Source of the DNA: an uncultured virus (IMG/VR IMGVR_UViG_3300005611_000005) | Lineage: Duplodnaviria; Heunggongvirae; Uroviricota; Caudoviricetes | Virus record (IMG/VR): IMGVR_UViG_3300005611_000005 | Strand: one strand, 5' to 3' | DNA: 64,000 nt | Shown: positions 35,470 to 45,386 of the stretch, piece after piece | Position numbering within the stretch: position 1 is the stretch's first letter | Layout of the letters: every line of letters starts with the position of its first letter | Position numbers and translations under genes: made by a program | Notes under the pieces: model-generated | Databases searched by the model: none | What the model was told of the DNA's origin: nothing | The model's input: the letters and a program-made list of their open reading frames with translations, nothing else

Positions 35470-37236
35470 ATGGCAAAATCTGGTGTATTTAAGACAATTA
35501 AAGATCGAGACAAGTCGATTACGCCCTTCAAAGTTTATAAATCTTGGGGATATGCAACTACATCTAGTTTACAACAAGATAATATTTCTAGATTAGTAGC
35601 TATTAAACCAAACCCAGATTCATATACAGGTGGTATTTTAACTTTAGATAGTCAACAATTTTTAAATGACAGCTCATCTGCATTAATTAATTCATCTAGT
35701 CAAAAAGAAGCTGGATTGTATTGGTACAGTATCGATCATTTATATTACAAGCGCGCTGGAATTCCATACGATACTTTTGGTAATACAAATCATCAAAATA
35801 TATATCGTACATTATATCCAGAAGCTTCTGTAATTAGTATACCTCAGGTACGATTCGGTGAAACAGTTAGACCAACTTCATTTAAAATGAGACTTCGAAA
35901 TTCTCAATTAAATGCAACTAGTATGTCTTTTTATGACGATGGTCAAGGAAATTTAATTGATGCTCAGTTAAGCTCGTCAATATCAAATGAATTGATTTAT
36001 TTAACGTTTAATTCAATGCGATATGCAAAAAATTGGACAAACAATTCATCAATAGCTCTTTCAACAGATACTGAAGTTACTGAAATAGAGCGAGAAACGT
36101 CTATTCCTGATTTAACAATTTCATCGAAAAATGTTTGGATAACAAATAATTCAGGATATAATATTGGATCTGTTAATTGGGGAGAAGCAGCAGCATTTTC
36201 AAATAATAGTTATATTCGAATACCGACTAACGATCGAATGAATTTCGAACAAGATGACGATTATACAATTTCATTTTGGATGGTATTACCGACTATTGCT
36301 CCGGCAAATAAAATGTATGTACTATCTAAACGAAGTACAGGATTAATCGATCGATTCAATCCTAATACTCGATTGTTAGTTCGCGGAGACTTTGATACTA
36401 ACAGTTCACAGTATCCATTTGATATATACTTAGAAGATTATGGTACAGGACTGCCAGCTGTAGTTTGCAACTATAAAACATCCGGGCAAGTGTCTAGTGT
36501 ACAATATTCAGCGTCGCTAGCAGATACAAATAAATTTACTCATTTTGTATTTCAAAAAACAGGATCGATAATGCAGTTGTATTTTAATGGTCAGTTGCAA
36601 AGTTCAGCCTCGCTTCCGTCAGGTAATATACAAAATCAAGCAGATATATTTTTAGGTTCGTTAGGTTTGAATACTGATGGATCAGGTAAAGATGGTTATC
36701 GTGGATATGTTCGAGAATTTTTAATGTTTGATAAAGCATTAACTCAAACAGAAATTGCTCAGTTGACACATACCGGATCGAATTTAATGATTACTAATCG
36801 AAATGTCGTAGGTAATATTTTTTACGAACATGGGATAGCAGTATTATCTGATCCTAGACCAAATTACGGAACTGAACAATATAGAATGTTTAGTGATCAA
36901 TTATATAATTTACGTACTGGAGCTTCTGAACCGTCTTATTTAGATGAATTTTATTTAGAATTCAATTCAACTAAAACGCTTTATGAACATGAATATATTT
37001 GTAAAATGCGTGGTGACGAATTTAATTTTACAATGAATCCAACCATTCGTAAAAATAACAATCCAAATAGTGAAATTCCAAAACCGATAGTGGCTTTAGA
37101 TGAATTTGCTCCTTACATTACTACAGTAGGATTGTATAATAACAAAGGTCAATTGTTGGCGATTGGAAAATTAGGTACTCCTATACGTAAACGAGACGAT
37201 GTAGATTTAAATATTATAGTAAGATTTGACGCTTAA
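35470..37236 (+). CDS. LamG/concanavalin-domain tail structural protein
   Basis: YTISFW, MQLYFNG, IFLG, FDKALT; C-terminal YITTVGLYNNKGQLLAIGKL. Confidence 0.75.
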   Translation: MAKSGVFKTIKDRDKSITPFKVYKSWGYATTSSLQQDNISRLVAIKPNPDSYTGGILTLDSQQFLNDSSSALINSSSQKEAGLYWYSIDHLYYKRAGIPYDTFGNTNHQNIYRTLYPEASVISIPQVRFGETVRPTSFKMRLRNSQLNATSMSFYDDGQGNLIDAQLSSSISNELIYLTFNSMRYAKNWTNNSSIALSTDTEVTEIERETSIPDLTISSKNVWITNNSGYNIGSVNWGEAAAFSNNSYIRIPTNDRMNFEQDDDYTISFWMVLPTIAPANKMYVLSKRSTGLIDRFNPNTRLLVRGDFDTNSSQYPFDIYLEDYGTGLPAVVCNYKTSGQVSSVQYSASLADTNKFTHFVFQKTGSIMQLYFNGQLQSSASLPSGNIQNQADIFLGSLGLNTDGSGKDGYRGYVREFLMFDKALTQTEIAQLTHTGSNLMITNRNVVGNIFYEHGIAVLSDPRPNYGTEQYRMFSDQLYNLRTGASEPSYLDEFYLEFNSTKTLYEHEYICKMRGDEFNFTMNPTIRKNNNPNSEIPKPIVALDEFAPYITTVGLYNNKGQLLAIGKLGTPIRKRDDVDLNIIVRFDA

Positions 37237-37251
37237 TCAAATTTAATTGTT

Positions 37252-37653
37252 ATGGCAAGAAAAAAATTTAGCAGAAAGCAAGTAGCTGCAAAGTACGGCT
37301 TTCGAAGTGGCTTAGAATTAGAAATAAGTGAGTCACTTAAAAATCGAGGCATTGACGGTCAATATGAAGAAAATGTAATTGAATACATCAAACCGATAAC
37401 AAAACATAAATACCGTCCAGATTTTCGATTACCAAATGGAATTTATGTAGAAACGAAAGGGAGATTTTTAACAGCTGATAGGAAAAAACATTTGTTGATT
37501 AAAGAGCAACATCCTGAATTAGACATTCGATTTTTATTTCAAAATTCCAAAGTAAAAATTTCAAAAAATTCTAAAACGACATACGCATCTTGGTGTGAGA
37601 AAAATGGGTTTCTTTATGCAGATAAAGAAATTCCAGAAGAATGGTTACGATAA
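37252..37653 (+). CDS. T7 endonuclease I-like Holliday junction resolvase
   Basis: FRSGLE, YRPDF.LPNG.YVETKGRF, DRKKH, LDIRFLF. Confidence 0.93.
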   Translation: MARKKFSRKQVAAKYGFRSGLELEISESLKNRGIDGQYEENVIEYIKPITKHKYRPDFRLPNGIYVETKGRFLTADRKKHLLIKEQHPELDIRFLFQNSKVKISKNSKTTYASWCEKNGFLYADKEIPEEWLR

Positions 37654-37689
37654 TTAGGAATATAGAATTATTTTTCATATATTTTTACC

Positions 37690-38643
37690 ATGAATAATTC
37701 TAGGTTGATAGAACTGTTGCAAACTGAACTAGGTAAAGGTAAGATTACAAACAAAGGTAATATTGCATTTTGTTGTCCATTTTGCTCGACAACTAAAAAG
37801 AAATTGGAAATTCAAACGATAACAAGCGAATCTGGAGAAAATCCATGGCACTGCTGGGTGTGTAATGCCTCAGGAAAAAAGTTATCTTCGCTGTTTAAAC
37901 TGTTAAATTTAGGAAGAGAAAAGTTATCTGAACTTCATCGGATACTAGGTACCCAATCTAAGTATAACAGTTTTTCGAAAGATGATGTACGTGAGTCTAC
38001 GAATATGCTCGCATTACCAAAAGAGTTCATTCCCTTGTATAAACATTCCAATTCAATTGAGTATAAAAATGCTATATACTATTTGCGAGCTAAGCGAAAT
38101 GTATCGCTATCTGAAATTGTTAAGTATGGAATTGGATATTGTGAAGAGGGCGAATATTCGAAAAAAATTATTGTTCCATCGTATGACGAAATGGGTAAAT
38201 TGAATTTTTTCGTAGGCAGGTCTTATTACGAGGCAGAGTCATTCAAACATAAAAATCCAGATTATTCGAAAAATTGCGTTGGGTTTGAACTATTTATAAA
38301 TTGGGACTTGCCAATTGTTTTAGTTGAAGGGGCGTTTGATGCGATAGCAGTAAGACGAAATGCTATACCATTATTTGGTAAAACTATATCTGAAGATCTT
38401 CGTAAAAAAATTATTGAACGTAAAGTATCTAAATTGTATATTTGTTTAGATAAAGATGCACAAAAGCAAGCTCTGAAGCATGCAGAATATTTTATGAACA
38501 ATGGTGTAGAAGTATATTTTGTAGATTTACAAGATAAAGATCCTGCTGAAATTGGGTTTGAATCTATGATAAAATTAATTAAAGAAACTGCTCCATTGTC
38601 ATTTACTAAATTTATTGAATATAAACTGTTAGCAAAAATATGA
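37690..38643 (+). CDS. DNA primase (Zn ribbon plus TOPRIM)
   Basis: CPFC, WHCWVC, VEGAFDA, CLDKDA, KDP. Confidence 0.9.
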   Translation: MNNSRLIELLQTELGKGKITNKGNIAFCCPFCSTTKKKLEIQTITSESGENPWHCWVCNASGKKLSSLFKLLNLGREKLSELHRILGTQSKYNSFSKDDVRESTNMLALPKEFIPLYKHSNSIEYKNAIYYLRAKRNVSLSEIVKYGIGYCEEGEYSKKIIVPSYDEMGKLNFFVGRSYYEAESFKHKNPDYSKNCVGFELFINWDLPIVLVEGAFDAIAVRRNAIPLFGKTISEDLRKKIIERKVSKLYICLDKDAQKQALKHAEYFMNNGVEVYFVDLQDKDPAEIGFESMIKLIKETAPLSFTKFIEYKLLAKI

Positions 38644-41600
38644 TACGAGGAAAGAAAATTAACATGGAATTAACAGAAATTGATAAGATTTATCATATTT
38701 CAGATGTACACATTAGAAATTTAAAAAGACATAAAGAATACAAAATAGTATTCGATCGATTAGTCGAATCAATTAAATCGACTCTTACTAAAAATTCAGT
38801 AATATTTTTAGGTGGTGATATTGTACATGCAAAAACAGACATGACTCCTGAGCTTGTGCAGTCAGTTCAAGAGTTTTTCAAACAGTTTGCTGATATTGCT
38901 CCTACTATATTAATTACTGGTAATCACGATTGCAACTTAAATAATAAAACTAGATTAGATGCATTAACACCAATCGTTAACGCACTTAATCATAAAAATT
39001 TATACTATCTTAAAGATTCTGGTGTATATCAAATAGCTGATAAAACGTTTGTAGTAATGTCAGTTTTTGATAAACCGAAAGATTTTATTCGTGCAGTAGA
39101 TGTAAAAGGATCTTATAAGATTGCATTGCATCATGGTGCTGTCAATTCAGCCGTTACGGACATTGGATTTACTTTAGTAAATGAAAATGTTCCAGTTGAA
39201 TTGTTTGATGGATATGATTTAGTATTGTTAGGTGATATTCATAAACCAGCTCAATATTTAAATCGAGAAAAGACTATTGCATATCCAGGTTCGACAATTC
39301 AACAAAATCACTCTGAAGCTTTAGATCATGGATATTTAGTTTGGGATACTAAAACAAAACAATCAGAGTTTGTTGTAATTGAAAATGATTTTTGTTATTA
39401 TACAGTTGATATTGATAACGGCTTGTATGAACCGCTACCTGAAAAATTAAAACGTAAACAAATTCGTCTACGGGTACGAGTACGTGATACTGATACAGCT
39501 GATTTGAAAAAAGCAATTGCAAAAATCAAATCTGAATTTCAAATTGAAGAAACTTCAATTCAGCGAATAAACGATTTTAAATCAAATAAAAATAGAGTTC
39601 AAAAAATTAACATCGGAGATGTTCGAGATGTAGAATATCAAAATGAACTCATTTCAAAATATTTAGAAAATAAATTTGCGTTAGATGATGATATTTTAGA
39701 TGGTGTACGGTATGTTAATCGTACAGTAAATTCCAGTTTATCGCATACTGAATTAAGCAGAAATGTATCATGGATACCTAAACGATTTGAATTTTCCAAC
39801 ATGTTTAGTTACGGTAAAGACAACGTTGTCGACTTTACTAACATGAAAGGTTTATATGGGCTATTCGCCCCTAACGCGTCTGGTAAGTCTACTTTTTTAG
39901 ATTCAATTACATATTGTATTTTTGATAAATGTAGTCGAGCTTCAAAAGCCTCAAATGTGTTAAATAACAGGGCGACATCATTTTCTTGCAAATTTCAATT
40001 TGAATTAAATGGTAAAGATTATTTTATCGAGCGCGTTGGAACGAAAGGACGTCATGATCACGTGCGAGTAGTAGTTAATTTTTACAGTGTAGATGATTTA
40101 GGTAATCAAGAGTCACTAAATGGTAAAGAGCGTAGTGAAACTAATTCAAATATTCGTTCTGTTTTAGGAACGTATGAAGATTTTGTTTTAACTACCTTAT
40201 CTATACAAAATAACAATTCTGGATTCATTGATATGGATCAGCGTAATCGTAAAGATTTATTATCACAGTTTTTAGACATTAATGTATTTGAAACTCTTTA
40301 CGATATAGCAAATGCCGATATTAAAGAAGTAGCTACGTTACTTAAAGAATATAAAAAACAAGATTTAGAAACGAAATTAGCTGAATCTATATCTAGTATA
40401 TCTGAACATTCAAAATTATATTCTGAATTACAAGAACAAAAAAATCAAGTTGAATCTGACATTGAAAAATACAATTCTAAAATTTTAGAATTAACGTCGA
40501 AAGTAATTCCTATAGATTCGTCAATAACAGATTTAGATAAGTTAGTAAATTTAAAAAATTCAATCAATTCTAAAATTGAAGCTGCTAATAGAAAAATTGA
40601 CGACATTGCGATAAAAATTAAAGACACCAAAGCGCTAGTTACCTCACAAAAGATACAGTTAGGTACTTATAACATTGAAGATTTAAAAGATAAAATTAAA
40701 ACTCTAGAATCGTTACGGTCTGAAGAAAAAACAATGTTGTTGCGAATTGAACGGCTTAAATCAGATGTATCTCATAAACTTGAGAAAATGAAAAAGCTGG
40801 AAGATTTGCAGTATGATGAAAATTGTCAGTTTTGTATGAATAATATTTTTGTTAAAGATGCAATTGAAACGAAAGAATCAATAAACTTTGACAAAATTAA
40901 AGGAGATGAGTTGATTAGACATTTATCTAGTATTCGAAGTCAAATCGAAGCTTTTAAAGGCTCGCAATTGGAACTAAATGAACATAATGATTTGCTTCAG
41001 CTAAATTCAACGACAAATTTAAATTTAAGTAAATTAACGCAACAGTTGCAAACTGAAACGGAACTTGTTAATAAATCAGAATCTTTAATAGCAGAAACTG
41101 ATGCAAAGATTGAACAGTATCATAAGACAAAAGATAGCATCGCTTTAAACAATGAAATTTCTATGGAAATTAATAGTTTAAAATTGGAATTAGATTTTGA
41201 AAAAACTCAATTGCGATCTATTGATCAGGAAATATTAGATACACATTCTGCATTGTCGGTAGCTACTAGAACGAAAGAGCAGGCCGAAGCTTCAATTGAA
41301 AAGTTAAAGGAATTGACTCAACAGTATAAATTTTATGAATATTATTTGCAAGCAGTTTCCAGGGACGGCGTTCCATACGATTTAATTTCAACAGCAGTAC
41401 CGTATATTGAACAAGAAATTAACAACATACTATCACAAATTGTCGACTTCAATTTAATGTTGGATATGGATGGAAAGAATATTAACTGTCATATTGTATA
41501 TGATGAAGAAAATTTCTGGCCAATTGAACTAACGTCAGGAATGGAAAAATTTATATCTTCATTAGCAATTCGTACAGCTCTGGTAAATATATCTAATTTA

Positions 41601-41807
41601 CCTAGACCTAATTTTTTAGCTATTGACGAGGGATTCGGTGTACTCGATTCAGATAATATGAATTCTATGTTCAATTTATTTGATTATATGAAAACGCAAT
41701 TTTCATTTATTATGGTTATTTCGCATATCGATTCAATGCGAGATATTGTAGATAAATTAATTGAAATAGTAAAATCTAAAGGACAATCCAAGATTCAATT
41801 TATGTGA
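38640..41807 (+). CDS. Fused Mre11/SbcD nuclease - Rad50/SbcC ATPase (gp47-gp46-like)
   Basis: SDVH, GGD, GNHD, LHH, GDIH, then Walker A APNASGKST, Zn hook CQFC, signature TSGME, Walker B AIDEGFG, ISH. Confidence 0.93.
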   Translation: MIRGKKINMELTEIDKIYHISDVHIRNLKRHKEYKIVFDRLVESIKSTLTKNSVIFLGGDIVHAKTDMTPELVQSVQEFFKQFADIAPTILITGNHDCNLNNKTRLDALTPIVNALNHKNLYYLKDSGVYQIADKTFVVMSVFDKPKDFIRAVDVKGSYKIALHHGAVNSAVTDIGFTLVNENVPVELFDGYDLVLLGDIHKPAQYLNREKTIAYPGSTIQQNHSEALDHGYLVWDTKTKQSEFVVIENDFCYYTVDIDNGLYEPLPEKLKRKQIRLRVRVRDTDTADLKKAIAKIKSEFQIEETSIQRINDFKSNKNRVQKINIGDVRDVEYQNELISKYLENKFALDDDILDGVRYVNRTVNSSLSHTELSRNVSWIPKRFEFSNMFSYGKDNVVDFTNMKGLYGLFAPNASGKSTFLDSITYCIFDKCSRASKASNVLNNRATSFSCKFQFELNGKDYFIERVGTKGRHDHVRVVVNFYSVDDLGNQESLNGKERSETNSNIRSVLGTYEDFVLTTLSIQNNNSGFIDMDQRNRKDLLSQFLDINVFETLYDIANADIKEVATLLKEYKKQDLETKLAESISSISEHSKLYSELQEQKNQVESDIEKYNSKILELTSKVIPIDSSITDLDKLVNLKNSINSKIEAANRKIDDIAIKIKDTKALVTSQKIQLGTYNIEDLKDKIKTLESLRSEEKTMLLRIERLKSDVSHKLEKMKKLEDLQYDENCQFCMNNIFVKDAIETKESINFDKIKGDELIRHLSSIRSQIEAFKGSQLELNEHNDLLQLNSTTNLNLSKLTQQLQTETELVNKSESLIAETDAKIEQYHKTKDSIALNNEISMEINSLKLELDFEKTQLRSIDQEILDTHSALSVATRTKEQAEASIEKLKELTQQYKFYEYYLQAVSRDGVPYDLISTAVPYIEQEINNILSQIVDFNLMLDMDGKNINCHIVYDEENFWPIELTSGMEKFISSLAIRTALVNISNLPRPNFLAIDEGFGVLDSDNMNSMFNLFDYMKTQFSFIMVISHIDSMRDIVDKLIEIVKSKGQSKIQFM

Positions 41808-41830
41808 TATTTATTATAAAATATCCGTAA

Positions 41831-44089
41831 ATGTCTAGAAAAGAAGTAATCTATCAAGGATTATTAGATTTACCAGTTGCAGTTGAAGATTTTTCAGTAT
41901 CGTCACCTAATTACTTTCGAGTAACTAATTTACCAACTGAATTTACATCAGGACAAAATATTTTTAAATTTAAAGGTAATCCTGATGTTTTCGTAGAAGA
42001 TACTCCTATAGAAATTGAAATCTTAGATTCAAATGGAGATCCGATATATTTCGAAGTAGATTTAGATTTAGAATCTTCAGAGCAAGAAGCTATTATTTCC
42101 GTATTCATTACGCAAGATATACCACCAGGCCCTGTTGAAATTATTTTATGTGGCGTAATTGATCAAGACGCTAACGGCAATCGTATATCAATAACTACGC
42201 AACCTAATTTTCGATGGACTACTACGGTAGCTACTAATCCATCTAAACGAAACGCAACTGAAATAATTTTTAATGTAACGCCTTCTGTTACAGTTACATC
42301 TTCAACAGGATCGTATTTAGATAAAATTTATTCTGGAGGTAATAAGTTTGTCGATGTAACAATTGATAATTTAGATTATCGATATGTAAACAATACTGCA
42401 GTATTTTTAACTAGTTCAGCTACAGTAACTCCATTTAATCCAAATGTAGTTAGTGCAAAAGCTTTTATTTCTAGTTCAGCTATTTCTAGTGCTACTTCAT
42501 TATCTCCAACAATACCTGGTACTTTAGCTACTACTATATTTACTTCTAGTTTATCAATTACAAGCGGTTCAGGTGTTGGATATTTAACTGATTTTATTGC
42601 ATTAAGTATTCTTAATTCAAATTCACAGTATATACCCAGGCAAGGAAGAATATCGTCTATTACAGTAACTTACGAGCAAACTGCTTCTGCAGAACCAGCT
42701 ACTGAAAATAAATACAATCTAGCTACGGCATTTTTTACTAATTTAAACCCAACCGTTGGTACTGTTGCGAGAATTCGTTCATATTATCGTAGCTCTGGTA
42801 TTGGTGAATATATTTTATCTAACGAAACAGATATTACTTCTACAGAAACTGAATTTGGATTTACGTCAGAAGTTGTAACGGCGTCGTTTGCTATTCCAAC
42901 AGTACATCGAAATGATAGACTTGATTTCAAATTTGAATTTCTAAACCCGTCAGGAATTGTTGCAAAACAATCTATTCAATCGCTTAACAATTTATTTTTA
43001 GGTGGCAATACATATGTAGGTGGTGATGATAATTTATTGACAGGATCGTTGTTTGTTGCAGGAGAAACAGGTACAGGCGTACAATTGTCTGGACGCAATA
43101 ACGCTGCATTGATTCGTAGTATAGGATATACTGGATTTAGTAATGCTTTAGACGGATCAGGGCAAGCTGGATTTGTAATGTACTCAGGCTCTGTACAGTC
43201 ATTGTTAACGGCAGCTGAATCGTATGCGGGTGTAGGATTAGAATTGGTTGCGAATTCAGAATCATATTTTCGATATGCAACTGACAATGGCGGTGAATTA
43301 GATGTTCGAACAAATAAATTCTTTTTAGGTAATGATCAAATATACATTAGCGGATCAAATGGAAATGTTGAAATATCTTCTTCAAATTTTCATCTTACAG
43401 CCGCTGGCGATGTAATTGCCTCTGATGGAGAATTTCGTGGCACTAATTTAGCTGATTTATACATTTATCGAAATAGTATTATAGATTCTACTAATAATCA
43501 ATTATCAGAGTTTAGTTCGTCGGGACAAAATTTTGTAAGTTTAAATTTAACAGGTAGTCACGATCCAGTACTTAATACTACTGGCCCGTCCATGTTCATA
43601 CGAATAAACCCAGGGTCGAAATTAGCTAATTTTCCTTTAGGAGCTATAGTAATGCATCCTAGCAATTCTATATGGAATTCTCCAGGAAATAAATATCAAA
43701 GCTTCGGAGCTACTATTATTTTAGAAGCCGCAACGACATTTTATATATCTATTAACAAAGGTCCACATCAAACTCCTGATTCTGATATTGTATCTGATGT
43801 AGGTGATATATTTTATCCAATGTTTCGTACATATACAATTGGAGCAAATACATACAATAATACAATGAAGATTACTGTAGGTACTAGGATATTGCTAGCA
43901 CAAAGTACATTTGACTGGAAAATTATGTCATTATCGGCTACTGATGCTGGAAATGTATTATTTAGTCATGGACTTGAAGCAGGCGCTGTTACAGGCTCAA
44001 CTTTACAATTAACTAATTTACCGATATCATCTGCCAGTTTAGCACCTGGGACTGTATGGAATGACTCTGGCACGCTGAAAATAGCGTAA
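41831..44089 (+). CDS. Putative tail fibre / receptor-binding protein
   Basis: Ser/Gly/Thr-rich beta repeats, C-terminal GTVWNDSGTLKI, late motif upstream. Confidence 0.65.
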   Translation: MSRKEVIYQGLLDLPVAVEDFSVSSPNYFRVTNLPTEFTSGQNIFKFKGNPDVFVEDTPIEIEILDSNGDPIYFEVDLDLESSEQEAIISVFITQDIPPGPVEIILCGVIDQDANGNRISITTQPNFRWTTTVATNPSKRNATEIIFNVTPSVTVTSSTGSYLDKIYSGGNKFVDVTIDNLDYRYVNNTAVFLTSSATVTPFNPNVVSAKAFISSSAISSATSLSPTIPGTLATTIFTSSLSITSGSGVGYLTDFIALSILNSNSQYIPRQGRISSITVTYEQTASAEPATENKYNLATAFFTNLNPTVGTVARIRSYYRSSGIGEYILSNETDITSTETEFGFTSEVVTASFAIPTVHRNDRLDFKFEFLNPSGIVAKQSIQSLNNLFLGGNTYVGGDDNLLTGSLFVAGETGTGVQLSGRNNAALIRSIGYTGFSNALDGSGQAGFVMYSGSVQSLLTAAESYAGVGLELVANSESYFRYATDNGGELDVRTNKFFLGNDQIYISGSNGNVEISSSNFHLTAAGDVIASDGEFRGTNLADLYIYRNSIIDSTNNQLSEFSSSGQNFVSLNLTGSHDPVLNTTGPSMFIRINPGSKLANFPLGAIVMHPSNSIWNSPGNKYQSFGATIILEAATTFYISINKGPHQTPDSDIVSDVGDIFYPMFRTYTIGANTYNNTMKITVGTRILLAQSTFDWKIMSLSATDAGNVLFSHGLEAGAVTGSTLQLTNLPISSASLAPGTVWNDSGTLKIA

Positions 44090-44167
44090 TCGATATTTAT
44101 TACAAAGAAGAATACAAATGGCAATTACAAGTTTATCTGCGCAGTATATATCTGCGTCATTCCAAAA

Positions 44168-44267
44168 NNNNNNNNNNNNNNNNNNNNNNNNNNNNNNNNN
44201 NNNNNNNNNNNNNNNNNNNNNNNNNNNNNNNNNNNNNNNNNNNNNNNNNNNNNNNNNNNNNNNNNNN
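44168..44267. other. Assembly gap (100 N) flanked by duplicated sequence
   Basis: 44091-44167 equals 45360-45436; 44268-44396 matches 43175-43303 with one mismatch. Confidence 0.95.
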
Positions 44268-45344
44268 GTAATGTACTCAGGCTCTGTACAGTCATTGTTA
44301 ACGGCAGCTGAATCGTATGCGGGTGTAGGATTAGAATTGGTTGCTAATTCAGAATCATATTTTCGATATGCAACTGACAATGGCGGTGAATTAGATATAC
44401 GTACGAATAAATTTTTTATTGGTAATCAAGATGTATTTTTAAGTGGGTCAAATGGCCAATTGGAAATACTTTATAAATCAGGTTCTGGCGCTAGCCAGCT
44501 AACGAAATTTCGTTTAGATACTACCGGCCAAGTAACAGCATCAGCTTTTATTACATTTACTGGTTCTAACGACTCGACAAATTATCGTATGATGGATACG
44601 TCGATTGGATTGATCGATGGTAAGAATATAGGCAGATTAATTTATTATCAACCTTCTACAATAACGCAAATTTCACAGAGTACAGCCACGTTGCAATCTT
44701 CTACAGGCGTGTTATATAGCTCAATGTTACCATCGGGATCAGTGACTAGTCCATATTTAGTATGGTCAGATATAACTAATCCTATTTCAGTTTATGTATT
44801 ACCTTACGAAAATGCAATAACAATATTTGGTAATGCAATTATAACGAAAAATACAGCTACAAACCCTAACGATTGTCGTTTAGGATTTGGATTTCGAGCA
44901 ACTATATGGAAGCCAATATCGTCATCATTATCAAATACGCATACTACCAGCTTCGGATTACCAGATACATCATCATTAAATTCATACGTAGCTGGAAAAT
45001 CTGGTTCGTTAAATTTAGGACTGAATAATACTAATTTAGCAGGGTCTACTACAAATACTTTCGATTCTACTGACGTATCTAGTACGACTAAATTTAGTCG
45101 GCCATTTCGTATAGTAATACCAATACCTTCTGGATATGAAGATTCTATATTATCTATATCGTTACAGTATAATTTATTACGTATGTATCGTGTAGTTAAT
45201 ACTACACCGGGTAATGACTTTACATTTAGTTTTTCCATAGCTAATGTAAATGTAATTTCTGGACGCGCTTTACAATCTAATACTGCTACTGGACTAAGTC
45301 AAGCGGCGATAATAGAACCTCCAGGAACACCGACACCAACATAA
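44268..45344 (+). CDS. Alternative C-terminal portion of the 41831 fibre gene (5' end lost in the gap)
   Basis: Starts with VMYSGSVQSLL...GGELD, identical to the 41831 protein, then diverges. Confidence 0.65.
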   Translation, partial: VMYSGSVQSLLTAAESYAGVGLELVANSESYFRYATDNGGELDIRTNKFFIGNQDVFLSGSNGQLEILYKSGSGASQLTKFRLDTTGQVTASAFITFTGSNDSTNYRMMDTSIGLIDGKNIGRLIYYQPSTITQISQSTATLQSSTGVLYSSMLPSGSVTSPYLVWSDITNPISVYVLPYENAITIFGNAIITKNTATNPNDCRLGFGFRATIWKPISSSLSNTHTTSFGLPDTSSLNSYVAGKSGSLNLGLNNTNLAGSTTNTFDSTDVSSTTKFSRPFRIVIPIPSGYEDSILSISLQYNLLRMYRVVNTTPGNDFTFSFSIANVNVISGRALQSNTATGLSQAAIIEPPGTPTPT

Positions 45345-45386
45345 TACTATTTACGATTACGATATTTATTACAAAGAAGAATACAA

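Noticed and set aside
44118..45344. 408-aa ORF read across the N gap
   Set aside because: Chimera of the start of the 45387 gene and an alternative tip of the 41831 gene, joined only by Ns
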